Part shown: positions 29,217 through 36,975 of the stretch, in pieces | How the letters are laid out: each line of letters starts with the position of its first letter | Numbering within the stretch: position 1 is the first letter of the stretch | Source: Chitinophaga pinensis | GTDB lineage: Bacteria > Bacteroidota > Bacteroidia > UKL13-3 | Length of the DNA: 36,975 nt | NCBI GenBank assembly: GCA_945875195.1 | Contig: CAMCJW010000002.1 | Coordinates: 1-36,975 of the forward strand | Direction of reading: 5' to 3' | The notes under the pieces: generated by a model | Database searches by the model: none | What the model was told of the DNA's origin: nothing | Seen by the model: only the letters and a program-made list of their open reading frames with translations | Translations under genes and position numbers: made by a program

Positions 29217-29271
29217 ATCTGTCGCCCAACAAGGAACAAATTATACTTTAAATATGTTAATTATTAATTAG

Positions 29272-29736
29272 TTAGGTTATGGTTTCACGTGGAACATGGT
29301 TTTGTATCAAGGCTAAGCATTCATCTTCTTTTGCCCGCATCTCAATTTTTCCAGCATTTGTTTTATCATCATAACCCATCAGGTGAAGCAGGCCGTGTGC
29401 CATAACCCTTTTCAGTTCAAGGCTAGGACTCACCTTCATTTGTTTAGCATTATCCTTTACCCTGTCTATACTTATATATATGTCACCATCAATAAGGTTT
29501 CCCATGTCAGAAAGGTCGAATGTAATGATGTCGGTTAAATAATCATGATTGAGGTGCTCTCGATTTATTTGTAGCAGGTAATCATCATTACAAAAGGTAT
29601 ATGATAAGCCCACTATTGTGAACCTTTCTTTTTCTGCTATATCATTTAACCAAGCTATGGTTTCTGTTTTGTTTATCCTTGGTCTTTTCTTAATGCTATT
29701 GAAATAGATGTTATCTAAGAATTGTAATATTTCCAC
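29272..29736 (-). CDS. ybeY: rRNA maturation endoribonuclease YbeY
   Basis: Metal-binding motif HGLLHLMGYDD, preceded by FCNDDYLLQINREHLNHDYLTDIITFD. The only in-frame canonical start is GTG at 29736, which overlaps the upstream gene by 26 nt, so the true start is uncertain. Confidence 0.85.
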   Translation of the reverse strand: MEILQFLDNIYFNSIKKRPRINKTETIAWLNDIAEKERFTIVGLSYTFCNDDYLLQINREHLNHDYLTDIITFDLSDMGNLIDGDIYISIDRVKDNAKQMKVSPSLELKRVMAHGLLHLMGYDDKTNAGKIEMRAKEDECLALIQNHVPRETIT

Positions 29737-31435
29737 GTAGATTTACTTTATTGTTTCCTTGACTAATTTGTGCCGTGAAGAAATACACATCTCCACTTAA
29801 GATTTCACCCATGTTATTTCTACCATCCCAGCCATTTGAGATATTGTCCTTACTATATTCTAGTCCGCCCCACCTATTGTATATTTGTATAGAACTTTGA
29901 AGTAAATCTATTCCCTCACCCATAAATGTAAATATTTTATTATTTCCATTAATGGAAATTGCATTGGGAAAATAGATTCTGCCAGTTTTAATAAAGCAAA
30001 CGGTATTACTCTTGCTACTTCCAATTCCACTAGATTCATTTGCAATTACATAGTAACAAGCAACAGCCAATGTTTGTTTCTGATCTGTAAACAAGGTATC
30101 TATTGCTGTGCTTGTGATTGCCACGAAATTACTAGCTTCAGATACGGTATTGCCTGAAGATCTGTATATTGTATAATCTTTTACTCCATTGTTCCACGTG
30201 AAATACCTCTGCCAATTCAGGAGCAGATCGTCTGTATTTTCACTTAGCGTTAATACAATGTTGTTCGACACCTTACTTGTATCTGTTACAATGCCACACA
30301 TGTTCTTACTCAATAAGTAATAATTATGCGTATTGATATTTGAAACAGAAGCGTCCTCGTACATGTCTTCTACCCCACTAAATGTGTGAACGAATACTGG
30401 CGAGGAGATTGAGTTGCTTCTAAAAAGATCGATTGTAGAATAATTTGATATTGCATTTCTTTTGATTTGTAATTCCAGTTTATCGTTGGCATTATTGGTG
30501 ATTTGTACAATCTCAGTATTGATTGGATTAGAAGATGCACCCATTATAAATTTTTCGCTTCCATTGGAACTTGAACTTACTATTTTGCTACCATTTTTAA
30601 ATGCCCGCACATAATATTCGTAAGATGTTTTTGAAAGTAAGTTTTTATCTTGGTATTGTAATGTTGTTCCGCCTACCGAATCTATTAGGCTGTATATACC
30701 CAATGATTCTTTTCTATATATGTAATAGGATCTAACACCCCATCCTATGTAATCGCTCCATTTGATATTTACAGAATTGATACATGTGTCATTTGTGCCT
30801 GTTAAATATATAGTCTGGTGTTTGTAATTACCATAATCTTTCCTGTTATCACAGCTATCAGAACTTGTTATATCATAGCTAAGAGATTTCGTTTTGGGAT
30901 TAATTGGGGTCAAGTCTGTGTAAAATGTATCTCTATAATTTTCAATCAATCTAGGGTCAGCCCTATCATAATTATATAAGTAATATGAACTGAAATCTGG
31001 GGTTTTATTTGAAGCCCAGCCAAGGTAAACTACATTCAATATTGGGTCAACACTTACAGAATCTAGTATTGTTGAATCTGGTTTTTGGTCGTCGATTTTA
31101 AGGGTATCCGAAAACCTTGTTATGGTATCTTTACCGCACCTTATTTTGTATTCAATAAAGTATTCCCAATCCTTTACACTTGGAACATTTGAATTTAAAT
31201 GCAGGTAGTTTTTGTTAGTAGTAACAATGCCAGAATCTATGCCATAAAAAGGAAATGTAGAGGCATCTCTTCCATTGATTTTAATGGTGTTTAGTAGCAA
31301 ACAAGTATCGGCGTTAATTTGCCAAAATAATTGATTGTTATTTCCCCCATTACAAACCCTTATGAAGTTTATTTTTTGCCCAAAAGCAAATTGAGACAAT
31401 ACAAGTATGAATGATATTAATATTAATCGTTTCAC
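29711..31435 (-). CDS. Secreted protein with a T9SS type-B sorting domain (gliding-motility-associated C-terminal domain); cargo function unknown
   Basis: GTG start in a GTGA overlap with the upstream stop. Signal peptide MKRLILISFILVLSQFAFGQ. C-terminal pattern: IYFPNAISINGNNKIFTF ... IQIYNRWGGLEYS ... GWDGRNNMGEILSGDVYFF ... GNITILR. Confidence 0.8.
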   Translation of the reverse strand: MKRLILISFILVLSQFAFGQKINFIRVCNGGNNNQLFWQINADTCLLLNTIKINGRDASTFPFYGIDSGIVTTNKNYLHLNSNVPSVKDWEYFIEYKIRCGKDTITRFSDTLKIDDQKPDSTILDSVSVDPILNVVYLGWASNKTPDFSSYYLYNYDRADPRLIENYRDTFYTDLTPINPKTKSLSYDITSSDSCDNRKDYGNYKHQTIYLTGTNDTCINSVNIKWSDYIGWGVRSYYIYRKESLGIYSLIDSVGGTTLQYQDKNLLSKTSYEYYVRAFKNGSKIVSSSSNGSEKFIMGASSNPINTEIVQITNNANDKLELQIKRNAISNYSTIDLFRSNSISSPVFVHTFSGVEDMYEDASVSNINTHNYYLLSKNMCGIVTDTSKVSNNIVLTLSENTDDLLLNWQRYFTWNNGVKDYTIYRSSGNTVSEASNFVAITSTAIDTLFTDQKQTLAVACYYVIANESSGIGSSKSNTVCFIKTGRIYFPNAISINGNNKIFTFMGEGIDLLQSSIQIYNRWGGLEYSKDNISNGWDGRNNMGEILSGDVYFFTAQISQGNNKVNLRGNITILR

Positions 31436-32709
31436 TTTTTACCCACTACCAATTCAACGATGTTTTCTTCTCCTAAGTATTTATTGGCTAATTCTTGTAA
31501 ATCTGAAGCACTGGTATTGTATAAAACAGAAACAAAGTCTGGGTAATAACTATTAGGCAACTGATAATCTATCATTATCTTTAGTCTATCTGCCAATGAA
31601 AACGGGCCGTCTAAACTTCTTAGAAATGATCCTAGGTAGTAATTTCTAGCTGTTTCTAATTCTGTTTTTGGAATTTCTTGGTCCCTAATTACAGCCATCT
31701 CTTTGTATATTTCTGCTAAACCACTTTCTCTGTTTTTGGTATTAATATCTGAATCAATATACCATGTTGCAGCCTCTTTATAGGGCTCTAGAACAGAGTA
31801 TATCCCATAGGTTAATCCTTTGTCCTCCCTGATATTTTTCATCAAACGCGACCCAAAATAGCCGCCAAATATTAGGTTCAAAAATTGTAAACGCCTGAAG
31901 TCTTCATGAGTTCTTCCTATGCTGAGCTTTCCAATTCTGATGGCAGATTGAACAGAATCATTTTTTTCAATGAAAAATTTGCCTGTTTGAGAAACAATTT
32001 CAGCATGATTTTTTTTACCCGATGGGCCAATAAAGTCAATGTTTGAAACCAAAATGTCTATTTGACGCAAAGCCTCTTCACTATAATTACCCGAAAGCAT
32101 CAGGTATTTTAAGCCATTTTTATAGTGGTTTTGATGGAAGGAAACTAGGCTGTCTCTGTTTGTTTTTTCAAGATCTTCCTTGCCCGAAAAAGACGCGTAA
32201 GGATGCTTGTCGCCGAATAGATTTTTATAATAATGCTTTCGGCACAGGTAGCTGTTCTTTTTTTCATTCACCAAAAGCTTTTGTATGCTATTTTTTTTCT
32301 GAATATCCAGTTCCCTTTCCGGAAACACAGATTCTGTGATTGCCTCTAAAAATAAAGGCAGGCAGTTTTCAAGGTGTTTTTCTAGACAATATAAAGTGGC
32401 AACTGCATCATCAGGGTTGCTGCGCGTTTGGAAATAAGAACCATAATAATCTAATGATTCTGCCAAGTTTAAAGCGCTTCTGTTTTTAGTTCCTTCACTG
32501 AGCATGCTAGCTGCAAAAGCAGACTCTGCAATTTTTAATTGCCTAATTAATCCTGCATCAAATATAAAGTCTAGTCTAATTACCGGCTGAGAACCCGCTC
32601 GCAAAGAGTATAATTTAAATCCATTTTTGGTTTGCAGGATTTCATAATCTGGAAAATGTAAGCTTTCAATCAAATGAAACTCAGGGGCTATTTTTCTGTT
32701 GATACTCAT
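31432..32709 (-). CDS. M16-family (insulinase-like) peptidase subunit lacking the HxxEH zinc motif; probably non-catalytic
   Basis: ~425 aa with M16 domain architecture but no HxxEH. I place the start at ATG 32709 (MSINRKIAPEF), which forms an ATGA overlap with the upstream stop. Confidence 0.7.
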   Translation of the reverse strand: MSINRKIAPEFHLIESLHFPDYEILQTKNGFKLYSLRAGSQPVIRLDFIFDAGLIRQLKIAESAFAASMLSEGTKNRSALNLAESLDYYGSYFQTRSNPDDAVATLYCLEKHLENCLPLFLEAITESVFPERELDIQKKNSIQKLLVNEKKNSYLCRKHYYKNLFGDKHPYASFSGKEDLEKTNRDSLVSFHQNHYKNGLKYLMLSGNYSEEALRQIDILVSNIDFIGPSGKKNHAEIVSQTGKFFIEKNDSVQSAIRIGKLSIGRTHEDFRRLQFLNLIFGGYFGSRLMKNIREDKGLTYGIYSVLEPYKEAATWYIDSDINTKNRESGLAEIYKEMAVIRDQEIPKTELETARNYYLGSFLRSLDGPFSLADRLKIMIDYQLPNSYYPDFVSVLYNTSASDLQELANKYLGEENIVELVVGKK

Positions 32710-33965
32710 ATTTTTGCGTGGTAATAAAGGGTTGAACAATTTTGCTCTTGGAACATGCTTTTAGCCACTTTCATGAGTGATTCTGGCGTAACTGATAGGT
32801 AGTGGTCTATTTCATTGTCAACAAGTGTAATGTCGCCTAAAAACTCCGCAAATGCCAATTTCATTGCCCTGTTTAGTACGCTCATGTCGCCAAACAAAAC
32901 ATTGGTTTCTGTTTTGTTTTGTACCTTGGTAAATTCATTGAGGTTTACTGGATTGTTTTTTATGAATTCAAGTTCTTCAAGAATTGCCGCCTCAGCTGTT
33001 TCAAAAGAAACACCCTTCATCAATTTGCCCTCAATTAAAAACAAACCAGGATCAGCATCTCCAGTAATGTAGGTATCTAATTCGCTAAAAAGCCTTTTTT
33101 CTTTTACGAGTTTATTGAAAAATCTGGCCGACTTTCCTGCGCCAAGAATATCAGATAAGAGGTCGCAATTATAATAATCCGAATCTTGCCTTCCCCCCAT
33201 GTGGTAGGCCATTACAATCAAATCTAGTGGAACATCATTGTAAACATGTTCTTTTCTGGCTTCTTTTTGAACAGGCTCCTGTTTGTATACATTGATAATT
33301 GCATTTCTATTTGGAATAGGTTCAAACCACTTTTTGCACAAGCGCATTGTTTCTTCGAAGGAAATATTTCCAGCAACAACTAAAATGGCATTGTCTGGTG
33401 AATAATAATTATTGAAAAAAGCTTTTACCTGATCCAAGTCTGCATTTTCAATATGTGAGATTTCCTTTCCTATGGTTGACCAATTGTAAGGATGTATTTT
33501 GTAAGCAAGTGGCAAAATCTTCAACCAAATGTCACCATAAGGCTGGTTTAAATAGCGCTCCTTAAACTCTTCAATAACTACATTTTTCTGTACATCTAGA
33601 CTTTTTTGGTTAAAATCTAGGCTCAACATCCTATCACTGTCTAACCAAAAACCGGTTTCGATATTATTTGCAGGAAGGGTAACATAATAGTTGGTAATAT
33701 CGTTGCTCGTAAAGGCATTGCTTTCTCCGCCAGCTGCTTGAAGCTCGGTATCAAACTCTTTTACATTTTCTGAACCCCCAAACATTAAGTGTTCAAAAAG
33801 ATGCGCAAAACCTGTTTTATGGGGATCCTCATTGCGCGAACCAACCTTGTAAAGTATATTTAATGCACACAATTGGGTGGCATCGTCAAAATGATGGATA
33901 ACGGTTAAACCATTATCTAGCTTAAATTTTTGGTATTGAATCAAAGGAGTATTATTTGTTAGCAC
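32706..33965 (-). CDS. M16-family zinc peptidase (catalytic subunit)
   Basis: HxxEH motif in GFAHLFEHLMFGGS, plus a downstream Glu region (LQAAGGESNAFTSND). The start is apparently GTG at 33965. Confidence 0.85.
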   Translation of the reverse strand: MLTNNTPLIQYQKFKLDNGLTVIHHFDDATQLCALNILYKVGSRNEDPHKTGFAHLFEHLMFGGSENVKEFDTELQAAGGESNAFTSNDITNYYVTLPANNIETGFWLDSDRMLSLDFNQKSLDVQKNVVIEEFKERYLNQPYGDIWLKILPLAYKIHPYNWSTIGKEISHIENADLDQVKAFFNNYYSPDNAILVVAGNISFEETMRLCKKWFEPIPNRNAIINVYKQEPVQKEARKEHVYNDVPLDLIVMAYHMGGRQDSDYYNCDLLSDILGAGKSARFFNKLVKEKRLFSELDTYITGDADPGLFLIEGKLMKGVSFETAEAAILEELEFIKNNPVNLNEFTKVQNKTETNVLFGDMSVLNRAMKLAFAEFLGDITLVDNEIDHYLSVTPESLMKVAKSMFQEQNCSTLYYHAKI

Positions 33966-34041
33966 AAATATAGTTTAGCCCCAATAGGCAAATACCACCT
34001 GCACTTCACAACATTAACTCCTAAAATGTGAATTGTATTTG

Positions 34042-35433
34042 TTATACCTCACCTTCCCATTTAGCAATAACATAGGTTGCTAGGCAGTTTCCAACAACAT
34101 TCAAAGTTGTTCTTCCCATGTCCATTAGCGCGTCAACTGCCAGTATGGCAAACGCTTTGGTTGGATCAAGCCCAAGAGAAGAAACAGTACTTACGAGTAT
34201 TAGAAATGAAGCCCCCCTTACCCCAGCAACTCCTTTGCTGGTTAACATGAGCACCAAACACATTTGAATTTGTTGGCCAATTGTTAAGTCTATGCCAGAA
34301 GCTTGAGCAATGAAAACAGAAGCTAGAGAAAGGTATAAAGTAGTTCCATCCAAGTTAAAACTATATCCCGTTGGCAAAACAAAGGCTACTACTTTTTTAG
34401 GTATGCCCATTTCAACTAATTTTTCCATGGCTTTAGGCAAAGCGGCCTCCGAACTGGCAGTTGCAAAAGCAATTGAAACAGGCTCGGTAATGGCATCCAT
34501 AAAACGTTTAAATGGAAGCTTAACCATTAACCCGATTGGCACAAGCACTAATGCGACAAATGCGAACAAAGCAGCATAAAGCGTGGCAACTAACTTTAAT
34601 AAGCTGCCAATTACACCTATGCCCATACTTGCAACAGAATAGGCCATAGCGCCGCCTACCGCAATTGGCGCTAAAAGCATTACAATGTTGGTAAACTTAA
34701 ACATTACCTCACTTAAACTCTCTGCAAACATTAGCATTGCAGCTTTTTTCTCTTCATTTTTTACCATAGCCAATCCAATTCCAAATAAAATGCTAAATAC
34801 CACAATTTGAAGTATTTGGTTATCGGCAATAGATTTTGCAATGTTTTCAGGAAAAATATCTAGGATTACATCATGGCTTTGTTTTTGGGCAAGGAGCGTG
34901 TTGGCCTTTTCAATTTGTGATGATTGTGCCTTTAGCTCTGAACCCACTCCAGCCTTCGTAATATTAATAGCCATTAAGCCTATCACTAGTGCGACAGTAG
35001 TTACAATTTCAAAATACAGGATAGATTTTAAACCCATTCTGCCTACTTGTTTGATATTGGAATGACCAGCAATTCCAACTACCAATGTTCCAAATAGCAA
35101 GGGAGCAATGATTGTTTTAATCAACCGTAAAAAAATATCACTAAAAATGCGAAAGTTTTTTGCCATTTCAGGAAAATCGGTTCCGATTGAAATGCCAATG
35201 AACATGGCAACCAAGATCCAGGCGGTTAATTTCCTTTTTTCATATGCAAACCAGCAAGCTAGGGCTAGCGCGACCCAGCGTAAAAAAGCAGTTAAGTATA
35301 AATTTATTGAATAAGAATATCCTTGGCCATTTGAAAAGGAATAACTGATATTTGTTTTATCTCCTATAAAATACAGTATACAAAATAATCCTAGAACAGA
35401 TAACGTTGCAATGAGTAATCTTTTTATCTTCAT
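34042..35433 (-). CDS. Dicarboxylate/amino acid:cation symporter (DAACS / GltP family) with a ~65-aa N-terminal extension
   Basis: Family-typical segments PLLFGTLVVGIAG, ATASSEAALP, LPTGYSFNLDGTTLY and DMGRTTLNVVGNCLA. Confidence 0.85.
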   Translation of the reverse strand: MKIKRLLIATLSVLGLFCILYFIGDKTNISYSFSNGQGYSYSINLYLTAFLRWVALALACWFAYEKRKLTAWILVAMFIGISIGTDFPEMAKNFRIFSDIFLRLIKTIIAPLLFGTLVVGIAGHSNIKQVGRMGLKSILYFEIVTTVALVIGLMAINITKAGVGSELKAQSSQIEKANTLLAQKQSHDVILDIFPENIAKSIADNQILQIVVFSILFGIGLAMVKNEEKKAAMLMFAESLSEVMFKFTNIVMLLAPIAVGGAMAYSVASMGIGVIGSLLKLVATLYAALFAFVALVLVPIGLMVKLPFKRFMDAITEPVSIAFATASSEAALPKAMEKLVEMGIPKKVVAFVLPTGYSFNLDGTTLYLSLASVFIAQASGIDLTIGQQIQMCLVLMLTSKGVAGVRGASFLILVSTVSSLGLDPTKAFAILAVDALMDMGRTTLNVVGNCLATYVIAKWEGEV

Positions 35434-35532
35434 GTATCAAACTTACGCAGGAATTCATGAAAAAAGAAAATTCGCATTAAACCTATTGAAAAATTATCAA
35501 TCACACTAAACACAAACCAAATATAAACTAAA

Positions 35533-36336
35533 ATGAAAAAACTATTTAATTGGGGAATACTAGCTATGGTAGTTGGCTCCCTTCTATTTGTTGGATGTAA
35601 AAAAGACAAGGAAGAACCCGATGCTGATTTAGTTTCTGCTGAAGACCAAAGCCAAGGAGAAATGGTCTATGATCAAGTTTTTAAGCAAGTTGATATAGCG
35701 GCGAATGATCAAGGCCTAAAAAAAGGCGGGTATCCAATTATTATGATTGATACAAATTCGTCTCCTCGTAACATGGTTATTGATTATGGTAGCGTAAACT
35801 ATTTATGTACTGATGGAAATTATAGAAGAGGAATTATAATGGTTTCTTGGACAGGGAAATACAGAGAGCAAAACACTATTATTAACATATCGTTTAACAA
35901 TTTTTATCAAAACAACAACCATGTAGAAGGAGTAAAAAACGTGACCAACATGGGTAGAAATGAAAATGGAAAGCTAAAGTTCTCAATTGTAGTAAACGGA
36001 AAAATTACAAACACAGATGGTCAAACACATCAATGGAACAGTATCCGCACTCGTATTTGGTTAGAGGGAGAAGGAACGCTATTGGTTTCAGATGATATTT
36101 ATGAAATTAGTGGAAATACCAGCGGGGTTAATAGAAATGGACTAAGTTACACCGCGTTAATAACCAGCAATTTATTGGTAGATTTGGGGTGTGAATATCG
36201 AATTACCAGTGGAATTATAGAATTAACCCCAGCAGGCAAAGCAAAAAGAACCATTGATTTTGGTTCAGGCAATTGCGATAAGCTAATCAATTTAATAATT
36301 AACGGGAAAACCTATACAATCGAAAGAAGGAAATAA
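35533..36336 (+). CDS. Hypothetical lipoprotein
   Basis: Signal peptide plus lipobox (LLFVGC). I recognise no domain in this 267-aa ORF. Confidence 0.5.
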   Translation: MKKLFNWGILAMVVGSLLFVGCKKDKEEPDADLVSAEDQSQGEMVYDQVFKQVDIAANDQGLKKGGYPIIMIDTNSSPRNMVIDYGSVNYLCTDGNYRRGIIMVSWTGKYREQNTIINISFNNFYQNNNHVEGVKNVTNMGRNENGKLKFSIVVNGKITNTDGQTHQWNSIRTRIWLEGEGTLLVSDDIYEISGNTSGVNRNGLSYTALITSNLLVDLGCEYRITSGIIELTPAGKAKRTIDFGSGNCDKLINLIINGKTYTIERRK

Positions 36337-36359
36337 GATTGCGAAGTGAATTGGAATAG

Positions 36360-36403
36360 CCAGCATTTTAAGCTTAATGGTTTAGGGTGCTGGTTTTCTT
36401 TTT
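36360..36403 (+). terminator. Rho-independent-type terminator after the lipoprotein gene
   Basis: CCAGCA (36360-36365) pairs with TGCTGG (36388-36393). The loop contains the palindrome TTAAGCTTAA. The stem is followed by TTTTCTTTTT. Confidence 0.45.
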
Positions 36404-36437
36404 GTGGATAAACTAGGATAAATGCTTAAATAATAGC

Positions 36438-36445
36438 TATCTTTG
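36438..36445 (+). promoter_or_regulatory. Candidate -7 promoter box (TAnnTTTG) for the right-edge CDS
   Basis: TATCTTTG at 36438-36445, about 100 nt upstream of the ATG at 36549. Confidence 0.35.
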
Positions 36446-36548
36446 CGGGCTATATAATTAACAAAACCCGTTATAGTGGCCATTTCGAATTTGTGAGCAC
36501 AAGAAAATGGTAGAGAAGATGGGTTTGCAAATGAAGGAATAAATAAAA

Positions 36549-36975
36549 ATGAAGAGAGAAAGTTCAGGCAATAAATCGGGAAGGCCAAGATCAAATTCTA
36601 GCGAGCCTAGAAAAAGCAGTTCACCAAGAGGAGGTTCAGCACCTACTAACAGGAGAACAAATAGCAGCGGAGGAGCCGCGCCATACAGAAAACCCAATTC
36701 GGGAGGTGATTTTTTTAAGAAAGATTCAACCCGCAAACCATACGCAAGCAGAGGTTCAGAAGATAAACCTTACGATAGAAAGCCAAGAACTGGCGGGGAT
36801 TATAAAACGAGTGCTACGCGCAAGCCATACGCAAGCAGAGGCTCAGAAGATAAACCTTACGATAGAAAGCCAAGAACCGGCGGGGATTATAAAACGAGTG
36901 CTACGCGCAAGCCCTATGCAAGCAGAAGTTCAGAGGACAAACCATACGATAGAAAGCCAAGAACCGGCGGGGATT
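36549..36975 (+). CDS. Partial CDS (5' end only, runs off the window): highly basic, Ser/Gly/Arg/Lys/Pro-rich low-complexity N-terminus with 29-aa tandem repeats
   Basis: ATG at 36549, then 142 codons with no stop to the window edge (MKRESSGNKSGRPRSNSSEPRKSSSPRGG...). It is absent from the ORF track because it has no stop. The listed minus-strand ORFs 36382-36594 and 36458-36736 are its antisense shadows. Confidence 0.65.
   Translation, partial: MKRESSGNKSGRPRSNSSEPRKSSSPRGGSAPTNRRTNSSGGAAPYRKPNSGGDFFKKDSTRKPYASRGSEDKPYDRKPRTGGDYKTSATRKPYASRGSEDKPYDRKPRTGGDYKTSATRKPYASRSSEDKPYDRKPRTGGD
36732..36975 (+). repeat. 87-bp in-frame tandem repeat, about 2.8 copies before the window ends
   Basis: Units start at 36732, 36819 and 36906. 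Each encodes RKPYASRGSEDKPYDRKPRTGGDYKTSAT, and there are only a few, mostly synonymous, differences between copies. Confidence 0.9.

Noticed and set aside
33958-33965. TATATTTG -7-like box overlapping the proposed GTG start of the catalytic M16 gene
   Set aside because: If it were the promoter, the GTG could not be the start. No alternative in-frame start exists before the conserved N-terminal region, so it is more likely a chance match in AT-rich sequence.
36382-36736. Minus-strand ORFs 36382-36594 and 36458-36736 from the ORF track
   Set aside because: They lie antisense to a longer plus-strand frame that is open to the window edge and has a coherent 29-aa repeat structure. Their leucine-rich low-complexity translations look like shadow ORFs.
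1-36975. Whole window as a prophage, defence island or biosynthetic gene cluster
   Set aside because: I recognised no phage structural genes, restriction/Cas/abortive-infection genes, or PKS/NRPS-type genes. Apart from the left ~3 kb, gene content is core metabolism, translation, envelope and transport.

Overview
This 36,975-bp window looks like a low-GC chromosomal segment from a member of the Bacteroidota. Supporting signs are T9SS type-A and type-B C-terminal sorting domains, a CarboxypepD_reg-type TonB-dependent receptor paired with a DUF4249-like lipoprotein, TAnnTTTG -7 promoter boxes, and no obvious Shine-Dalgarno sites.

I support about 29 protein-coding genes, one frameshifted toxin pseudogene and one partial CDS at the right edge that the ORF track misses. 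I found no rRNA, tRNA or CRISPR array.

Most of the content is housekeeping:
- glyA, gmhA, pyrF, pheS, mnmG and ybeY
- a DsbD-like disulfide reductase
- a GH13 pullulanase-like enzyme
- a GH73 + LysM muramidase
- transporters of the APC, Dcu and DAACS families
- an M16 peptidase pair

The only clearly accessory stretch is the left ~3 kb. It holds a tyrosine recombinase with an unusual triplicated N-terminal module, phased AGTTTCG motifs, and a ParE-type toxin-antitoxin pair whose toxin is frameshifted.

Other structures worth a second look:
- a five-unit tandem array of ~45-bp hairpin-containing repeats between gmhA and a permease gene (13941-14152)
- duplicated terminator modules after glyA
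- a 448-bp AT-rich non-coding gap upstream of pheS
- tightly overlapped operons linking M16 peptidases, a T9SS cargo protein and ybeY, and linking mnmG, a Zn-ribbon methyltransferase and a lipoprotein
- 87-bp in-frame tandem repeats in the right-edge partial CDS

I do not see convincing evidence for a coherent new multi-gene system such as a defence island. The recombinase module and the hairpin repeat array are the best candidates for something undescribed. All functional calls come from motif recognition by eye and need database confirmation.
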